A DNA stretch of 62,623 bases, counting the filler, from Choristocarpus tenellus KU-1152 (lineage: Eukaryota > Protista > Phaeophyceae): the NCBI GenBank assembly GCA_964200185.2. It is 8 parts of 8 records of this genome, joined end to end, with 100 filler letters (N's around TTAATTAATTAA, not from the genome) between each part and the next. Parts side by side here need not be neighbours in the genome. Positions count along the whole stretch, not along the records: positions 23,960 to 28,165 come from CAXNAD020015705.1; positions 28,266 to 31,686 come from CAXNAD020020150.1; positions 31,787 to 36,320 come from CAXNAD020014114.1; positions 36,421 to 41,958 come from CAXNAD020010476.1; 4 more parts are not named here. One strand, given 5' to 3'. Position numbers and translations under genes: made by a program. The notes beneath the pieces are model-generated. The model had not been told where the DNA came from. It did no database searches and worked only from the letters and a program-made list of their open reading frames with translations. Below are positions 24,656 through 37,487 of the stretch, piece after piece; the first letter of the stretch is position 1; the number at the start of each line of letters is the position of its first letter.

Positions 24656-25935
24656 GTACACAAACGTGCCACAAGAAAGGGGTCAAAAAGTGGGAAGGGG
24701 AAAGAAGTGACAAGAAAGTGTTGAGTACAGGTCACACAAAAATAAAAACCGAACTTTCCATCAATTATTCCACACATGAAAAAAAAAAATACATAAATGA
24801 CTTATAAAATAACAAAAACCGTCACAGTAACAAGAGGGAAAACTATTCTAGAGGGGGTCTGCATGTGACCCTCACAGTGACTCAACAAGAAATCAATCAG
24901 GAAAAAATACATGAAACAGTCACATGCATCAACACACACCTCATACACCGAAATACAAGTACATATATATATATATATATATATATTTTATTCTCTGAAT
25001 GTGTGTACAATTTTACTACTCACACTGAATAATGCATTCATACTACCTCCCTTCACAACCAGATGACCTAACAAAAATAAAACACCAAAAAAGGGACTAT
25101 TAGAAGCACACTCTGGAGGCTATGTTGTACTCCTAGGGCTCTAAGGGGACATAAACGACAAGAGGGCCCTTGCACCATGTTTCAACCTCACAGCAAGTCT
25201 TCCAAAAAAAAAAATAACTCCTAAGCACGGGCAACTCAACCTTCCTTAACACTCAACATTTACGGATCAACAGGCGAAGTCACCAAAGACACACACAAAT
25301 CTGTATCACATCACAGGTATCGTATCATATCATATTGCATCGTATCACAATTTATCATATCATATCATATTGCATCGTATCACAATTTCTCATATCAGGT
25401 CAAAAATATTCGGACGCCACTGTTCAACCTTGTCAAACATTCACGCGACCATCTTCCTCGGTGGAGCAGTGCCATCTCAATTTAATCCACAAAATCAGAG
25501 GTCGTGAGATCAAATCCCGACTAAACTCACCTCCATACTCCCTACAGCAAGAGGATGAAGGAAAGTTCTTAGAGAGGGGTCCAGGAACAGTACTAAGGAG
25601 AAATATGATGATTGACATGACTACCTAGGGAGACTGGTTGTTGACTGGGGTCAGTGATGACCCACGGGTCATGTTAGGTTATCTTTCCCCACCTCTGACC
25701 TCATCAGACATTGAGGTACGCCACTGTACAGCTCCATCAGGGCAGGTAACTGCTCAACAGTTTGCCATAGTGGAATCCTGTTATCTCAACATCTGACACA
25801 ATAGGATCAAAAGTGTAACTTTTCATGATGTTTTCAATTGCAATGGTAATACTTCTACAATGGTGCCAAGACTTCTCATGTAATACAAACCCAGTGACCA
25901 AGCCCAACGGCACTGAACACACAAATAGACACACG

Positions 25936-26002
<67 letters not shown>

Positions 26003-28030
26003 GAGTTGCTCTGGGTCAACATCATCTTCCACCAAGACACACCCAGCATCCCCTCCATCTAGGCCAGCATCAGCCAACTTGTGGATCAGCTCAGGGTGGA
26101 ACAGATGCTCTGCTGTCATGAGCAAGAACGGCTCCGTGAACGCCCCCCTATTATTAGAACAGCAAAAAAGAAGAAAAAAAAATTATGTTTGAAAAGACAC
26201 CAAATACGTGGGAAGGCCCGGTTTGTTTTGTCTGCAGCCAGCCCTACACAATATCCACAGTTTATCTCATGTGTGCCTCAAGTATCCAAATCCATCTTGG
26301 TCCGGCGTTTATATTTTATGGTGTAGTACAAGTAGGATAGTACCAGTAGAGGTGTACAATCCGCTGTGGTGGCATCATCGAAATCAGACTTACGTGCAAA
26401 AAATCCCGGTGCAGAAGGAGTTTGAACCCATGAAATTCATACAGATAGTTGCCACCATGTCCACTCAACCACAAGGAAACCCCTTGGACATATTTTTAAG
26501 AACAAGCAATATGTATTCAATCAAGTACTAAATCTACTTCACTAATAAAATCACATAACCAAAACATACTCATTTCGAAAAAAAAATGTGAACAATCAAA
26601 TTTTTCACAAAAAGAGTCAGTTTTCAACCATCCTACCAGGGTACCAGTTGAACAGTTCCCTGATATATCTCGAAAATGCCAGACGGGATACTATTTGTAA
26701 TTGTCAATGTCACAAAACAACTTGATTCTGTAAGAAACCAACAACATTATGGATTGCATCATATATACCATCAATATATATGTATATATATATATATATC
26801 GATTCTGACAAGATAAATTACAACATCCACTGATTTCTTACTATCTTACCAGCTCAAAACTCTGACTTGGTCTCAACACGGTCGCCTCAAAAGACTTCTG
26901 GTTCTACTATCATCACGTGCTATGGTCTCTAGTCGCTTGTTAGTCGCTTTAATATTTAACACCGTTGACACAAAGCAGGCAAACGAATTGGACAGGTCCG
27001 CATGAGTCGGAATGGTCCAGGAGCAGGCCAGTTTTGACTTGTGAACTCGACTAATACAACAAATAATGCACATGGTTTGGACGTGTCAGAAAAATCAAGA
27101 CTGAAAAGCAGACATGGTCCAGACATCTTAGAGAGTGTTGGACCCGGTTCAATCCGCAGACACAGAGCAGTACAATACATAGCAGCCATGGTCTGTACAT
27201 GTTAGACCATGCTTTACCTGGTCCATTCAGCAGACCTGGACAGTACATGCCGGAAAAATATTGGACTAGTTGGGACAGCAGTCGTAACCCTTTTCATTTC
27301 CCCGCTCAGTAAAAAACCCAGTAGAAAGCAATCTCCCTAGACAAGAAACAGATGCCGTCCTTTAGATGCGTATCAATAAGAGATAATGCTCAAGAATTTT
27401 CACATACTTGTCCCTCTCCCCCCCCCTTTCCCCTTCTTCCTCATCATGCCCTCAACCTCCCAATGGCCAAATCCAACACACACTCGAATCCCCAAAAATG
27501 CAACACATACCTTGCATAGACCACAGACATGGCATAAGATTCCCGATAATCCTCCCCTAGATCCACGAAGGCCACCTCCAGCTTGGCACGGACTGGAGAA
27601 CCCCTGATAGCTCGCATGATTTGTTTACCGTGCTTACCCACCACAATCACAGCACGTTCTATTCCAGCACGTAGCTTGCATGTATCAAACAAGGAGACAA
27701 GCACATGACCAATCGATCAGGCAACCCCCCGCCGCAATCACAACATTTGAGCAAGGGAAGAAGCAGGAAGTGGGGGGCAAAAAAGGGGGGGCAGTAAGGG
27801 ATTGATGTCATAGACGTGACTCTTGTCATCTCACGCAAAACGCCTGCTTCACATGAACATACACTCTTACCATCGAGCATACGGCATGTTAACACATGCA
27901 TTTGATCTAATACTGTATGGAGGACACAGGAACACCCACGAGGGTTACCGCTGAACAGCACAGTTCTTTACGGCAGGCTGAAGCGGGTCACTCCGTTCTT
28001 CTTTTTGAATCCACGGGTGTTAGATGAAAA
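24066..28030 (-). CDS. Nucleotidyltransferase-like protein (GT-A fold; LicC/IPCT-like cytidylyltransferase), partial (exons 27674-27511, 26147-26001, 24584-24500, 24237-24066; damaged exon about 28030-27900)
   Basis: Spliced peptide LRAGIERAVIVVGKHGKQIMRAI..SVVYAR/GAFTEPFLLMTAEHLFHPELI..RVVAIGRR..DGLDCGIMLLTPEVFRCL..TLYDAL; phases 2, 2, 0 are compatible; the last donor is probably GC. Confidence 0.75.
24618..24655. repeat. (CATA)n microsatellite in an intron
   Basis: Tandem CATA run visible directly. Confidence 0.9.
25942..26000. repeat. (CA)n microsatellite that supplies the GT donor of the minus-strand exon
   Basis: About 30 CA units abutting the exon end at 26001. Confidence 0.95.
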
Positions 28031-28367
28031 GCACAGCAAAACAAACAAATAGAGAAAAAAAAAAAAAGGATGAAGACAAAAACTCATCCACCTCCCCCCC
28101 TCCCCCCCCCACCACCCCCCCCCCCCTCCCCCCCTCCCCACCCCCCGCTCCCCGCCGCGCCCCAANNNNNNNNNNNNNNNNNNNNNNNNNNNNNNNNNNN
28201 NNNNNNNNNTTAATTAATTAANNNNNNNNNNNNNNNNNNNNNNNNNNNNNNNNNNNNNNNNNNNNTACCAAGCCCCGACAGTATAGATGGGTACTTCTGA
28301 GATAATACTTCTTCCCCCCCCCCCTCCTGAATAATCTTGGCATCACATTAACTTTGACCTAACAAAC

Positions 28368-31017
28368 CTGAATCTGTCCACTGTGAAGATCTACCGTGAT
28401 TACTCGGTCCACACCCATGGCCTCTAGCATGTGTGCAATGTCTGCGGCTGCAATTGGTTCTCGTCTGAAACGCCTATCCTGCCTGGAGTACCCATAGAAG
28501 GGCACCACAGCAATCACTGAACCAGCAGAAGACCTGCCAGCAGCAAAATCAGTTGCTGTCTTGAGGCTATGACCACTCCTACAGGTGGACTTGTAGACAA
28601 TACTACACCATATACCTGGTGGTTTCATAATGCATTTTGCAATAGACGACTTTAAGTTGATCTCATATTTGAGGTAAATTACTGTCTCTTTGTACTTTGG
28701 TTTCATTGTGATTTGAAGGTTAGCTCTAGGCTGTGTCCAGAACCTCACTCAGGAGTTTCTTATTCTTCCCATCTTCAGTTCTACTGAGCAAATACCTCAA
28801 TGCTGCTGTACCACGATCTTCACTATGATCCACTGAAAAAGGATCCATGGCATGGGTAGTTCAAAAGATTGTATCTATGATGTAATTGGGGATGCGACAA
28901 AGTAACAGGTGGGCTACAGGGTTACACAGATACTACAACAATTGGAACACAGGAACAGACTGAAAACAGCGTACTATTCATAAAAGTGCAAGCACGTAAT
29001 TGAGCTTCCAAGGGCAAGGCTCATAATTAACCTTGCTGAATACTCACCAGCATTCTCGGTGTATTAGAGAAGTAAATAAGAAAATCCACATTGGTGCAAT
29101 GGAACTGGTCCACAATGCACATCCAATTTCAATTACAATTTTTACAATCATATCACTAATGCTGCTGGTGGCACAGGTGCTCTTGCTGAGCTACCAAAAC
29201 CATCTAGGATGACATTGTAGAACATCAGCACACTTTTCATCCCCATATTTGGAAGTAACTTCAATTTATGAATATTCTATTACTCTGTCATGGTCCACTG
29301 TTTCTTGTCCTTATGTCATCTAATTCCAACTCGAAGTCACCAAGCACAACCGTAGGATGACAACCACTTTTACTTTATTACATCACACATATAGCTTTGC
29401 AGAAAGCTATTTCCCAGGTAGAAGGGCTTTCGAAATCACGTGCCATCCCAACCATTCCAATTAGTCAATATGACCAGCCACTACATTTATACATTCAGGA
29501 GCAGACGCAGAAAAAAAACAGTGCGATTAGGACTAGACTGAGTGATTGCCCCAGTATACTCCTTTTCCCCATTGACCGCTGCTCCAAGAGCAAATAAGGA
29601 TGTGCGTAAAACTTGCCACTACATCACACTGAAATCTCAATGCATGCAGTACTAGATCCTTTGGGCTACCATTAACCTAACACACAGGGAATGCACATAA
29701 GTCACCAGGCACAGAACACAACCTTATGGGTCCATATGATGAGTAACATCACAGCAGATGCGCACGGCACTACTAGAGTTCAGGCTAGAGTTAGCCATCT
29801 CACATCAAATGACACCTTACACTGGGGGTTGGGTAGGGGCATTTACCTCTTTGCAGCTGAAACAATGAGCAGGAGCTCGACAAGACTGTCATTGGTGTGA
29901 GTCGGAGTCACAATAAACACGTCTTTCCCTAGGATAGGATCCTTGATTAGCACACTGCACTCCCCATCTGCGTACCTGCAGCACAAAAGGGTAGACAATA
30001 ATTATCATGTATAACATGCAAAATGTTGGGTGTGACAGTTATTGTCAGGTGACCAGGGACATGCGTACAACACTTGACCTGTAGCAAAGGTTAACACCAG
30101 TTTAGCATGCCAGGAGCAATGGGCACACACAGGGAACATAGGTATTGCACCTGCCAAGGTTGATGCGACCTGGAGAAATGCCCAGCAAGTTGCAGATATC
30201 ACGGGAGATTTCAGGATACACAGAACCTCCAAATATAACCATGTTATCCATGCTGGCGTCCTCTCCGCTCGGGCGACCCTTCCAGAAATACCATTTCTTG
30301 GTGGTTTGTCCGTGCATACCTCCCTCCATCTCTGGTGCATGTGGTAGCTGGTATCAGGTTCGATTGTCTTCGATAAGATACGCATTTCGGTCACCTCCAC
30401 CTCGACACTAATCAATGTTGGTAGTTTGAAGATTTATGATTGATATGATTATTTTTCCAATTTAGAGCAGAACGAGGCTTAGATACATTGGTGAAGAAGT
30501 TGACACATATTCTTAGGCTACCAAGATCAACCAGTTGTGGCATCTTCCATGCACACATAGAGTCATGTGAAGTGTGGACTTATTGTCAAATCTGACTATC
30601 CAGATCAACAGAACCGAACCCAATTCGCTGTACCACGAAGTCCTCATCAATTGTACACGACCTCAAACCGTCGTACCTCGCACAACATGGGAAGAGTCTT
30701 GCGAAGACTCGCATACGGCAGTTGCGGCAGTAAGCGACGCCAGAGCTCCGAACGCACAAGAAGCACACCATCGACGATAAGGTGATATATATGCTGTCAC
30801 CATACATGCTGCGGTAGTGGAGCCTCTAGAATTGCCCTGCCATATAGCATATTTGACCACGAGATTAACACAAGATTCTGAAAATCAAGAGATGAATGAA
30901 GCACATTTTCTACTACAGAATCTACAGGGGATGCAATGGTCTCAAACTCACCAGGGACGCGCTGAATTTTCCCCATGCACTCTTTTGTGCCATCAATCGT
31001 CCAAAACAGCGTATCAT
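28368..31017 (-). CDS. prs: Ribose-phosphate pyrophosphokinase (PRPP synthetase), 5' part, with a mitochondrial-type N-terminal extension (exons 31017-30952, 30836-30684, 30347-30151, 29975-29847, 28533-28368)
   Basis: [88 protein letters not shown]; all junctions are GT-AG and in frame; starts [22 protein letters not shown]. Confidence 0.92.
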
Positions 31018-31526
31018 TTCGCTCACCAAAGAGCCGCAACCTTTCGTGCCCACCACACTCCTCTTTCTTCTCTACTCACAACCTCGATCTACAATCCTCT
31101 TGGCCTCTTCACCTTTCTTCCCACCTCGAATCAAAGTTTGTCTTCACAATTTGCACGAAACCTAACAATTGTTGAGATCCTTGTTACTCACTCTTGGACT
31201 TCCACACTTATCTACGCCAACTATTGAACTTGTATACACAAATGAAGTAGTAGAAAAAATGTGTACCAGACGTTGCGATGTGGGTCGTTCATCTCATATC
31301 ATGAGACAATACAAAATATCTCTCTACATCATAAATATGTATGGAAACACGCGAAATAATTAAAAAATCTTTAGTTTTCGTATTGTCGTTTGTTTTGCTC
31401 ACGAATTCTGGATTATTATTATTATTTTTTCCTTGTTTGCCATTCCCCTATTTTTTCCATTCCTTTCCTTCCCCATGTATTCCCTATTCTGACCAGCCCA
31501 TTGCGAGCCCTTCACCCCCCCCACGA

Positions 31527-31686
31527 GATGACCAACCAGTGTGACCCATTCGCCCCTGATTTCCAGTCACCTCCCACCTCTGATGACCAACCAGTGTGAA
31601 CCCCCTTCGTCACTGATTTCCAGCCATCCCCCACATTTGATGATCAACCAGTGCAAACCCCCTTCGTCACTGATTTCCAGCCATCC
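31527..31686. repeat. Minisatellite, three units of about 55-60 bp, running into the gap
   Basis: GATGAYCAACCAGTG..CCC..TTCG..CTGATTTCCAG repeated three times. Confidence 0.85.
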
Positions 31687-31947
31687 NNNNNNNNNNNNNN
31701 NNNNNNNNNNNNNNNNNNNNNNNNNNNNNNTTAATTAATTAANNNNNNNNNNNNNNNNNNNNNNNNNNNNNNNNNNNNNNNNNNNNCTAAATGGACAGCC
31801 ACCACCCCCCCAGGTACTTTGAGCCACTTCAAGTGCGTTAATAGGATATTGATGGCATTATTTCTACTCGACTGTGTAAAGAGGAACGTCCACCCACAGA
31901 AGGATCCTGGGTACATACAACAGATGAGCACGGAATGGTATTCTCAC

Positions 31948-34347
31948 CTGTGACACGTGTGGTCCCTTGGTCACCCCAGGAAATGATGTTCGGAAGAGTT
32001 GGCTGGCGGGATCCACTGATCCATCAGAGTTTACAGGTCGACCATAGCCAAAGTATCCAGGCATCTCGGCAAGATTCTCTGTGGAATGATAAAGGGTTTT
32101 GAATACGGTGAATGAGGAGCCTGTGAGCGAAGGGTGCAGGTCTAATGATAACTTGTATGGCACGGTAGATTTGTATTCATGTGCCGCAATGTGGGTGTCG
32201 CCCATGCCAGAAGGAACTATAGATCGCAGTCCAGTTGTGCCTCACTACATCTCAACAATTCAAACCGCATACCATCACCTCACCTGCAGCCTTCTTTGCC
32301 AGCTCATTTGTACCGTACTCACTGAAGGGCACATCCCTGAGCAGTGACATCCAGTAGACCTTCCGTGAGGGCATTGGAAAAACAGTAGTACAGTGATGAG
32401 TACTAGAACACATGGCACAACAGAGATATTTGCAGCACTTGCCTACCACTCAAAGTGGGCGAAAGATGATTCTGAAAAGAACTGTCATTCTGGTCTTTCG
32501 GTCTCTAGAGCTCCATACTAACTGGCATGAAAAATGCTAGTCGCATATTGTTCACTGGGTAAATTGAGGGCAGTAAGTCATGGACATGTTTCTTGTGCTA
32601 CAGTGCAAAGGAGGACATATTCAGGGTATCAGCCTGGGGTATAAAAGAACGCCCGATATACGCATGCAACAGACACAGGAATCTTAGATGCAACAAGCGA
32701 TCTACCTCAGCCATCTGGGCAGCTAGCTGTGCAGATTCCAGGCTAGGTGGTGGTCTCATCACGATCGCTTGACTGTATTGGACAGCGAAGAGAAGGTGGG
32801 GGAAGACAATGGTAAGGTCAACAAGCAGACCACATGGTGTTAAGCAGGATATAAGATTGGAAGGTTGTGTTGCAAAGGAAGATTTGAACCTTGGCGCTTC
32901 ACATTGTTTGCATACTAGATCAATCCATGGCAACAAAGACGCCTATGGTTCAAATTTAGGAGTTCGATTGCTCATCTCCATACCTATCATAATGCGCCAC
33001 TTATGTGCCCCCTCATCCCAAACATCTGTCAGTTCTTACAACATTTTCGTATATATTGCAGACTTTTTCTTCCCTGGGTTACTAGCCCCAACCAAACAAT
33101 TTTGAGTTCCCCACCCAAATTATCACTAAGCCTAACCCTGCCTGACCCTATCACTAATCCCAACCCTAACTCCAACCTCAACCCCAAACACAACATAGGA
33201 CAGGCTTATTTGACCTCTCTAAAACACTAATCCGTGTAAACCTCCTCTGCAGATGGCCATGAGAATGCTAGTTGAGGTGGGCCTCGTCAGCTCAATTCAG
33301 GTGGCCCGGCTACCCCCTAATCCAGTACTGAAAGATTGTCCAGAAAGACCAAGGAAAGTTGCAAAAACAGAAAACATATACGAAGACGAGGGTTGCGCAA
33401 TCGTGAGTAGCTCCACGACTCATTATAACTTCACTAAGTTACCTGATACGCATTGCTTCTTGTCGAGAACGGCGGCAAACTGTAAGCGAGATTGAGGAAA
33501 TTAGGCATCTGGCTCCTCCTATCGACTCGACTTAGAATACGGAGGGCAAGTTCAATTCAACAGGACGACCCCGAACTCACGGGTCAGGTCCTCGCATCTG
33601 GAACGTTAGTCCTCCCAAAGGATTCGCCAGCTTTGTTGGTCCTCCAGGGATATTATCGCACTCGGAAAAATCCCCTGAGGAAAGGCAATGTAGTAGAGCA
33701 TCGTACGCCTCGATATCTACCTGTGCGAGAACGAGAGGGAAGAGGCAGCAAAAGGTGTACGTCGAAAAGATACGTCAAGGCTGAATGGTGAGCCATTTTG
33801 ACTTCACATCATCAGAGAGGACGCTGCGTACACCAATGACCTAATCTGCGTATGCTGTGACCGTTCACTCTTCTTTAGCGCAGCAATAGAGTTTGAATAC
33901 CTTTAGCAAGGGGATGCACAGAGCAAGAGAGTGTCGAAGAGGAAAGTGAGCACACCAATGAGTACAAAAACAGTATTGCAACCGTTAGACCACCTTTCTG
34001 TACACCCAACCAAACATGCACAATGCATTTTGTGCTCGTTCATGGAATCAACTAGGGCTCACCTCTCCGTATTTGTTGTGGGGCAAGGTTTTGTGGAAGT
34101 TACCGATTAACGACGGATATTTTTCCTCGTCTCCGTTGTTATTGTGGCAATGATGTCTGAGGTCGAGTTCTGCCTGGGCTGCATTAGACCGCTTCTCAAA
34201 GGCGGTAGCTCTTCTGGCCAGGGGGGCGAAGGGACTGACGGCGGAATCCAACTCGCACATCACGACTTCGTCAGATTGCCCTCGGCAAGACGTCGAGATC
34301 AGGAGTACCAGGAGGTACGTACCAGGCCAAAGGCCATCGTTCTTCAT
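31948..34347 (-). CDS. Vanadium-dependent haloperoxidase (bromo-/iodoperoxidase family), secreted, 5' part (exons 34347-34063, 33720-33581, 32772-32706, 32359-32284, 32078-31948)
   Basis: Signal peptide, then NGDEEKY..GNFHKTLPHNKYGEVD..KLANPLGG..PPPSLESAQLAAQMAEVYWMSLLRDVPFSEYGT..VDPASQLFR..GPHVSQ, typical of the brown algal vHPO N-terminal half. The vanadate-binding C-terminal half lies beyond the gap. Confidence 0.9.
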
Positions 34348-36959
34348 GTTGCTGCTGAGGTCAAGAGAGTTGTTAGGTTCTGCAGTATGTACCTGAACAG
34401 AGCAGAGGTTAGTGTAGTAGAGGTGATAAGAGCTTGCTTTGTGTGTTTGATGATGGTTATGTTTTTTTGCCCTGATTAGTTGCATGGGAGATATTTTCGT
34501 GTTACTATGTGGGTCTCCATAATTTGTTGTTTTACTGGATAGTTCGGATGTCTTTGGGAGGCCTCACTGCCTTCGGAGAGCCCCCACTTATGATATTTAT
34601 TTGTTTCGCCTCTTCAGGCACATTTTTGAAAACCTAATCCCATCTCTTATCCTAAAATGTGTGTCAAAATATCCCTAACCAAATAAATATTTTTTAAATG
34701 GTGAAAGAGTATGGTGTGTACTGGGGAGACATTGTTTAGTCATTGAGATACCATTGTTTCGCCAGGGGAGATAGTCACGCGTCGCGTCATCATACTTAGA
34801 TACCAGAATTGTGCAAAATAGGACAATAGTGAGGTGCACCTTCTTTTGCGTATGAGAGATAGCCGTTTTGATTGAGTCCATGTGATGTAACTCATGAGAG
34901 AGTACATCAGAAATATGAATGAAATATGTATAGGTTTTGTTGATTTGAATTCAACTACTTTGATTTAATTGTTGACTTCTGTAGAAGCACAAATAATAAT
35001 AAACAAGCAATGAGAAGACACCCCACAAAGGTCACTCTTCTAATCTTCAACCACGTAATCACGTTCAGCAAAGTGGGTCGTGTGAGGCTTCACACCTTCT
35101 TATCTTCACTACTAACAAATAGCATTACCTCCCAAGGTAAATTTGCACAGGTTATGGTCAAGAGGTTGCATGTTTCTAGGCTTGAATATATATTTGATCC
35201 AATATTGTAGAGTATGGAGCCGAGAACTGGCCATCATCTGTCCAATCGTTTCTGTCCGTTGTTTCGTTTCCTGATGTCTGCGACCAGATGGCGGTTGTTA
35301 GTTCGTTCCAACATAAAGCATTCGAGAAGGTCGAAGTTTCCCCCCCGTTGGCTTGGATGAAGAAACATGGAAGGCTGTCATGTGTACATTCAAGGTAGAA
35401 TTGGGAGAGGATGAGTACGTAATGGCCCATGCGTATCATAACGTCGCTTTGGGGTGTTTTGGGTATCACATAATGGCGGTTGTAAGGTGAAAACACACAG
35501 GGTAGTATCACCAGTTCGAGTCATTGAGATATGATTGGAAGAATGTGAGAAGGAGATGGCTAGTTTATAGAAGAATGAGGGCTAAGTCGGAGGGCGTTCA
35601 ACAAGTTTGGAAATGTAATACTAACACTGCATCTGTTGTTTTGCATCATTCTTCAGGCTCATTCGCGACAGCCTTGCCAATGGTGTTCTTGATATCCTCT
35701 GTGCTGCAGTCGGCATTGCTGGAATATATATTTGCGCTGCTTGACTAGCTGTAGCCAACAGAGTTTTGGACGTTTTGTATCTTCTCTGTTCTATGTTGCC
35801 TGAAGTTTTCACATGGTAATAATGATGCACAAGTCGAGCCATTGCTTGGGAGAGGGATTGAACATCACTGGGCATGCTAATTTTTTTATCATGCTGAGGA
35901 GGATGACCTTCACATTTCACGTACATCACTTGTTGAATTGGTACCCTGTTTGTTCATCCCCTTGCAGCTCATACTGTGCAGTTAAAATGGTCTCCTTTTT
36001 CCCTCCACACCCCAACTTTGATGCAAATTATACTGTGACACCTCTACCCCTGCATCGCACCCTATGCTTGCTGTTGTTCTTTTTTTCCCTTGATGCCACT
36101 ATGAGTAGTGCACGCATCTAATTCCACATATTCTTTCTGTTTTTTTCACCCATGACTAGGCATACCTTCAAGACTCATTTGTCATCCCAGCTACTGCTCC
36201 ATGTCCTTCGTATTGTCCCGTTGTTTAGTATAGCGCATTTCTTCTTCCCCGTCATGCACCTTGCACTAGTCCGAATGCTTTTATATACAGCTTGTGTTTA
36301 CATTCACGTCCCTGCCTTTCNNNNNNNNNNNNNNNNNNNNNNNNNNNNNNNNNNNNNNNNNNNNTTAATTAATTAANNNNNNNNNNNNNNNNNNNNNNNN
36401 NNNNNNNNNNNNNNNNNNNNGTAGCCTGGATTTAACTACTCCTTTCCTACCATATCCTCCCGCTCCTCTCCTTCCTACCATGTGAGTAGATGATTATCGG
36501 TCTGGGTCTTAACAATTTCACTTTTTTTTCTATCTACATCGATCTGATTCAAACTCAAATCGATATGATGAGAATACCCAAATCCTCCTGAAATCTTCGT
36601 CAACACCACAAAATCGAGGTATGATGAAGAAGGTAGTATATTATACACTTGATCATATTGAATTGGTTTTCAAACTGGGACAGAAAGACACAAGAAAAAG
36701 ACTTCTCCCCAACAGAATTCGAACCATTATTTTCTCCATTCCTACCCCCAACTGTTGATGACTTCGGATCAGATCTGAGGGAGTTTAGAGTGTTCCTCTT
36801 GTCCAGCAACAGTTAATTTCGATTCAATTCGGTTATTCGATTTTTTTCTTGTCCTCACGTATTCCTATTTGTCATAAATTCTTTCCGTTCACAGCAGTAA
36901 AGGTTAAAGGTGGTACTCGTCTCTGTCGTCATCATCCTCCCTATCTGTATATATTTGAT

Positions 36960-37430
36960 GATAATGATTTGACATTTTCCAGATGTGTCAGGGGAAAAGC
37001 CAATGAAAATTATTCACACGTCAGAACAAACCCAATTAAAAAGTAACAGTTGTTACAAATGCGAAGACATTTTTCTATTATCTATTTTTATTATTATGCC
37101 ATTTGACACTTTGGGATTGTGATAGGGGAAAAACCAATGAAAACTATTCACATTTCAGAAAAATCCCTAAAAAGGTAACAGTTAGTTGTCGTAAAATGTG
37201 AAAGACATTCTTCTATATTAACTATTTTACTATCAGGTATGCTGTACCATTGCCTTCCTGTGCGTCCAACCTAGCTTAGGTATGCACCCCAGGGTGAGGA
37301 GCTAGGGAAGCATCCCAAGAATCTAACAAGCCCCTCCTTGCCCATCTCCCTGGTGTCATTTACTTTATTGTATCTATTTTTATTATTATTCCCTCTGACA
37401 TTTTGTGGATGTGTCAAGGGAAAGCCAATA
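36960..37430 (-). mobile_element. Cluster of 3'-end copies of a CRE-like non-LTR retroelement (reverse orientation)
   Basis: Reverse complement of 37530-38065 and 61535-61800; (TTA)n tails near 37090 and 37380. Confidence 0.65.
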
Positions 37431-37487
37431 TTGTTAGAATGTGCTCTAACCACAAAGTGCACTAACCACAATTTTCCTCGTGTTGTC

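Noticed and set aside
25737-26192. ORFs with CVCVCV or HTHTHT runs
   Set aside because: Translations of CA/GT microsatellites.
27890-28030. Apparent stop and frameshift in the upstream NTP-transferase exon as recoding or pseudogenisation
   Set aside because: Next to a poor-quality contig end; sequence error is the simpler explanation.
31527-31686. Short repeats resembling a CRISPR array
   Set aside because: Contiguous degenerate units without unique spacers, no cas genes, eukaryotic context.
19936-34347. Rieske + nucleotidyltransferase + PRPP synthetase + haloperoxidase as a biosynthetic gene cluster
   Set aside because: Each gene is on a different contig joined artificially, so there is no evidence of linkage.
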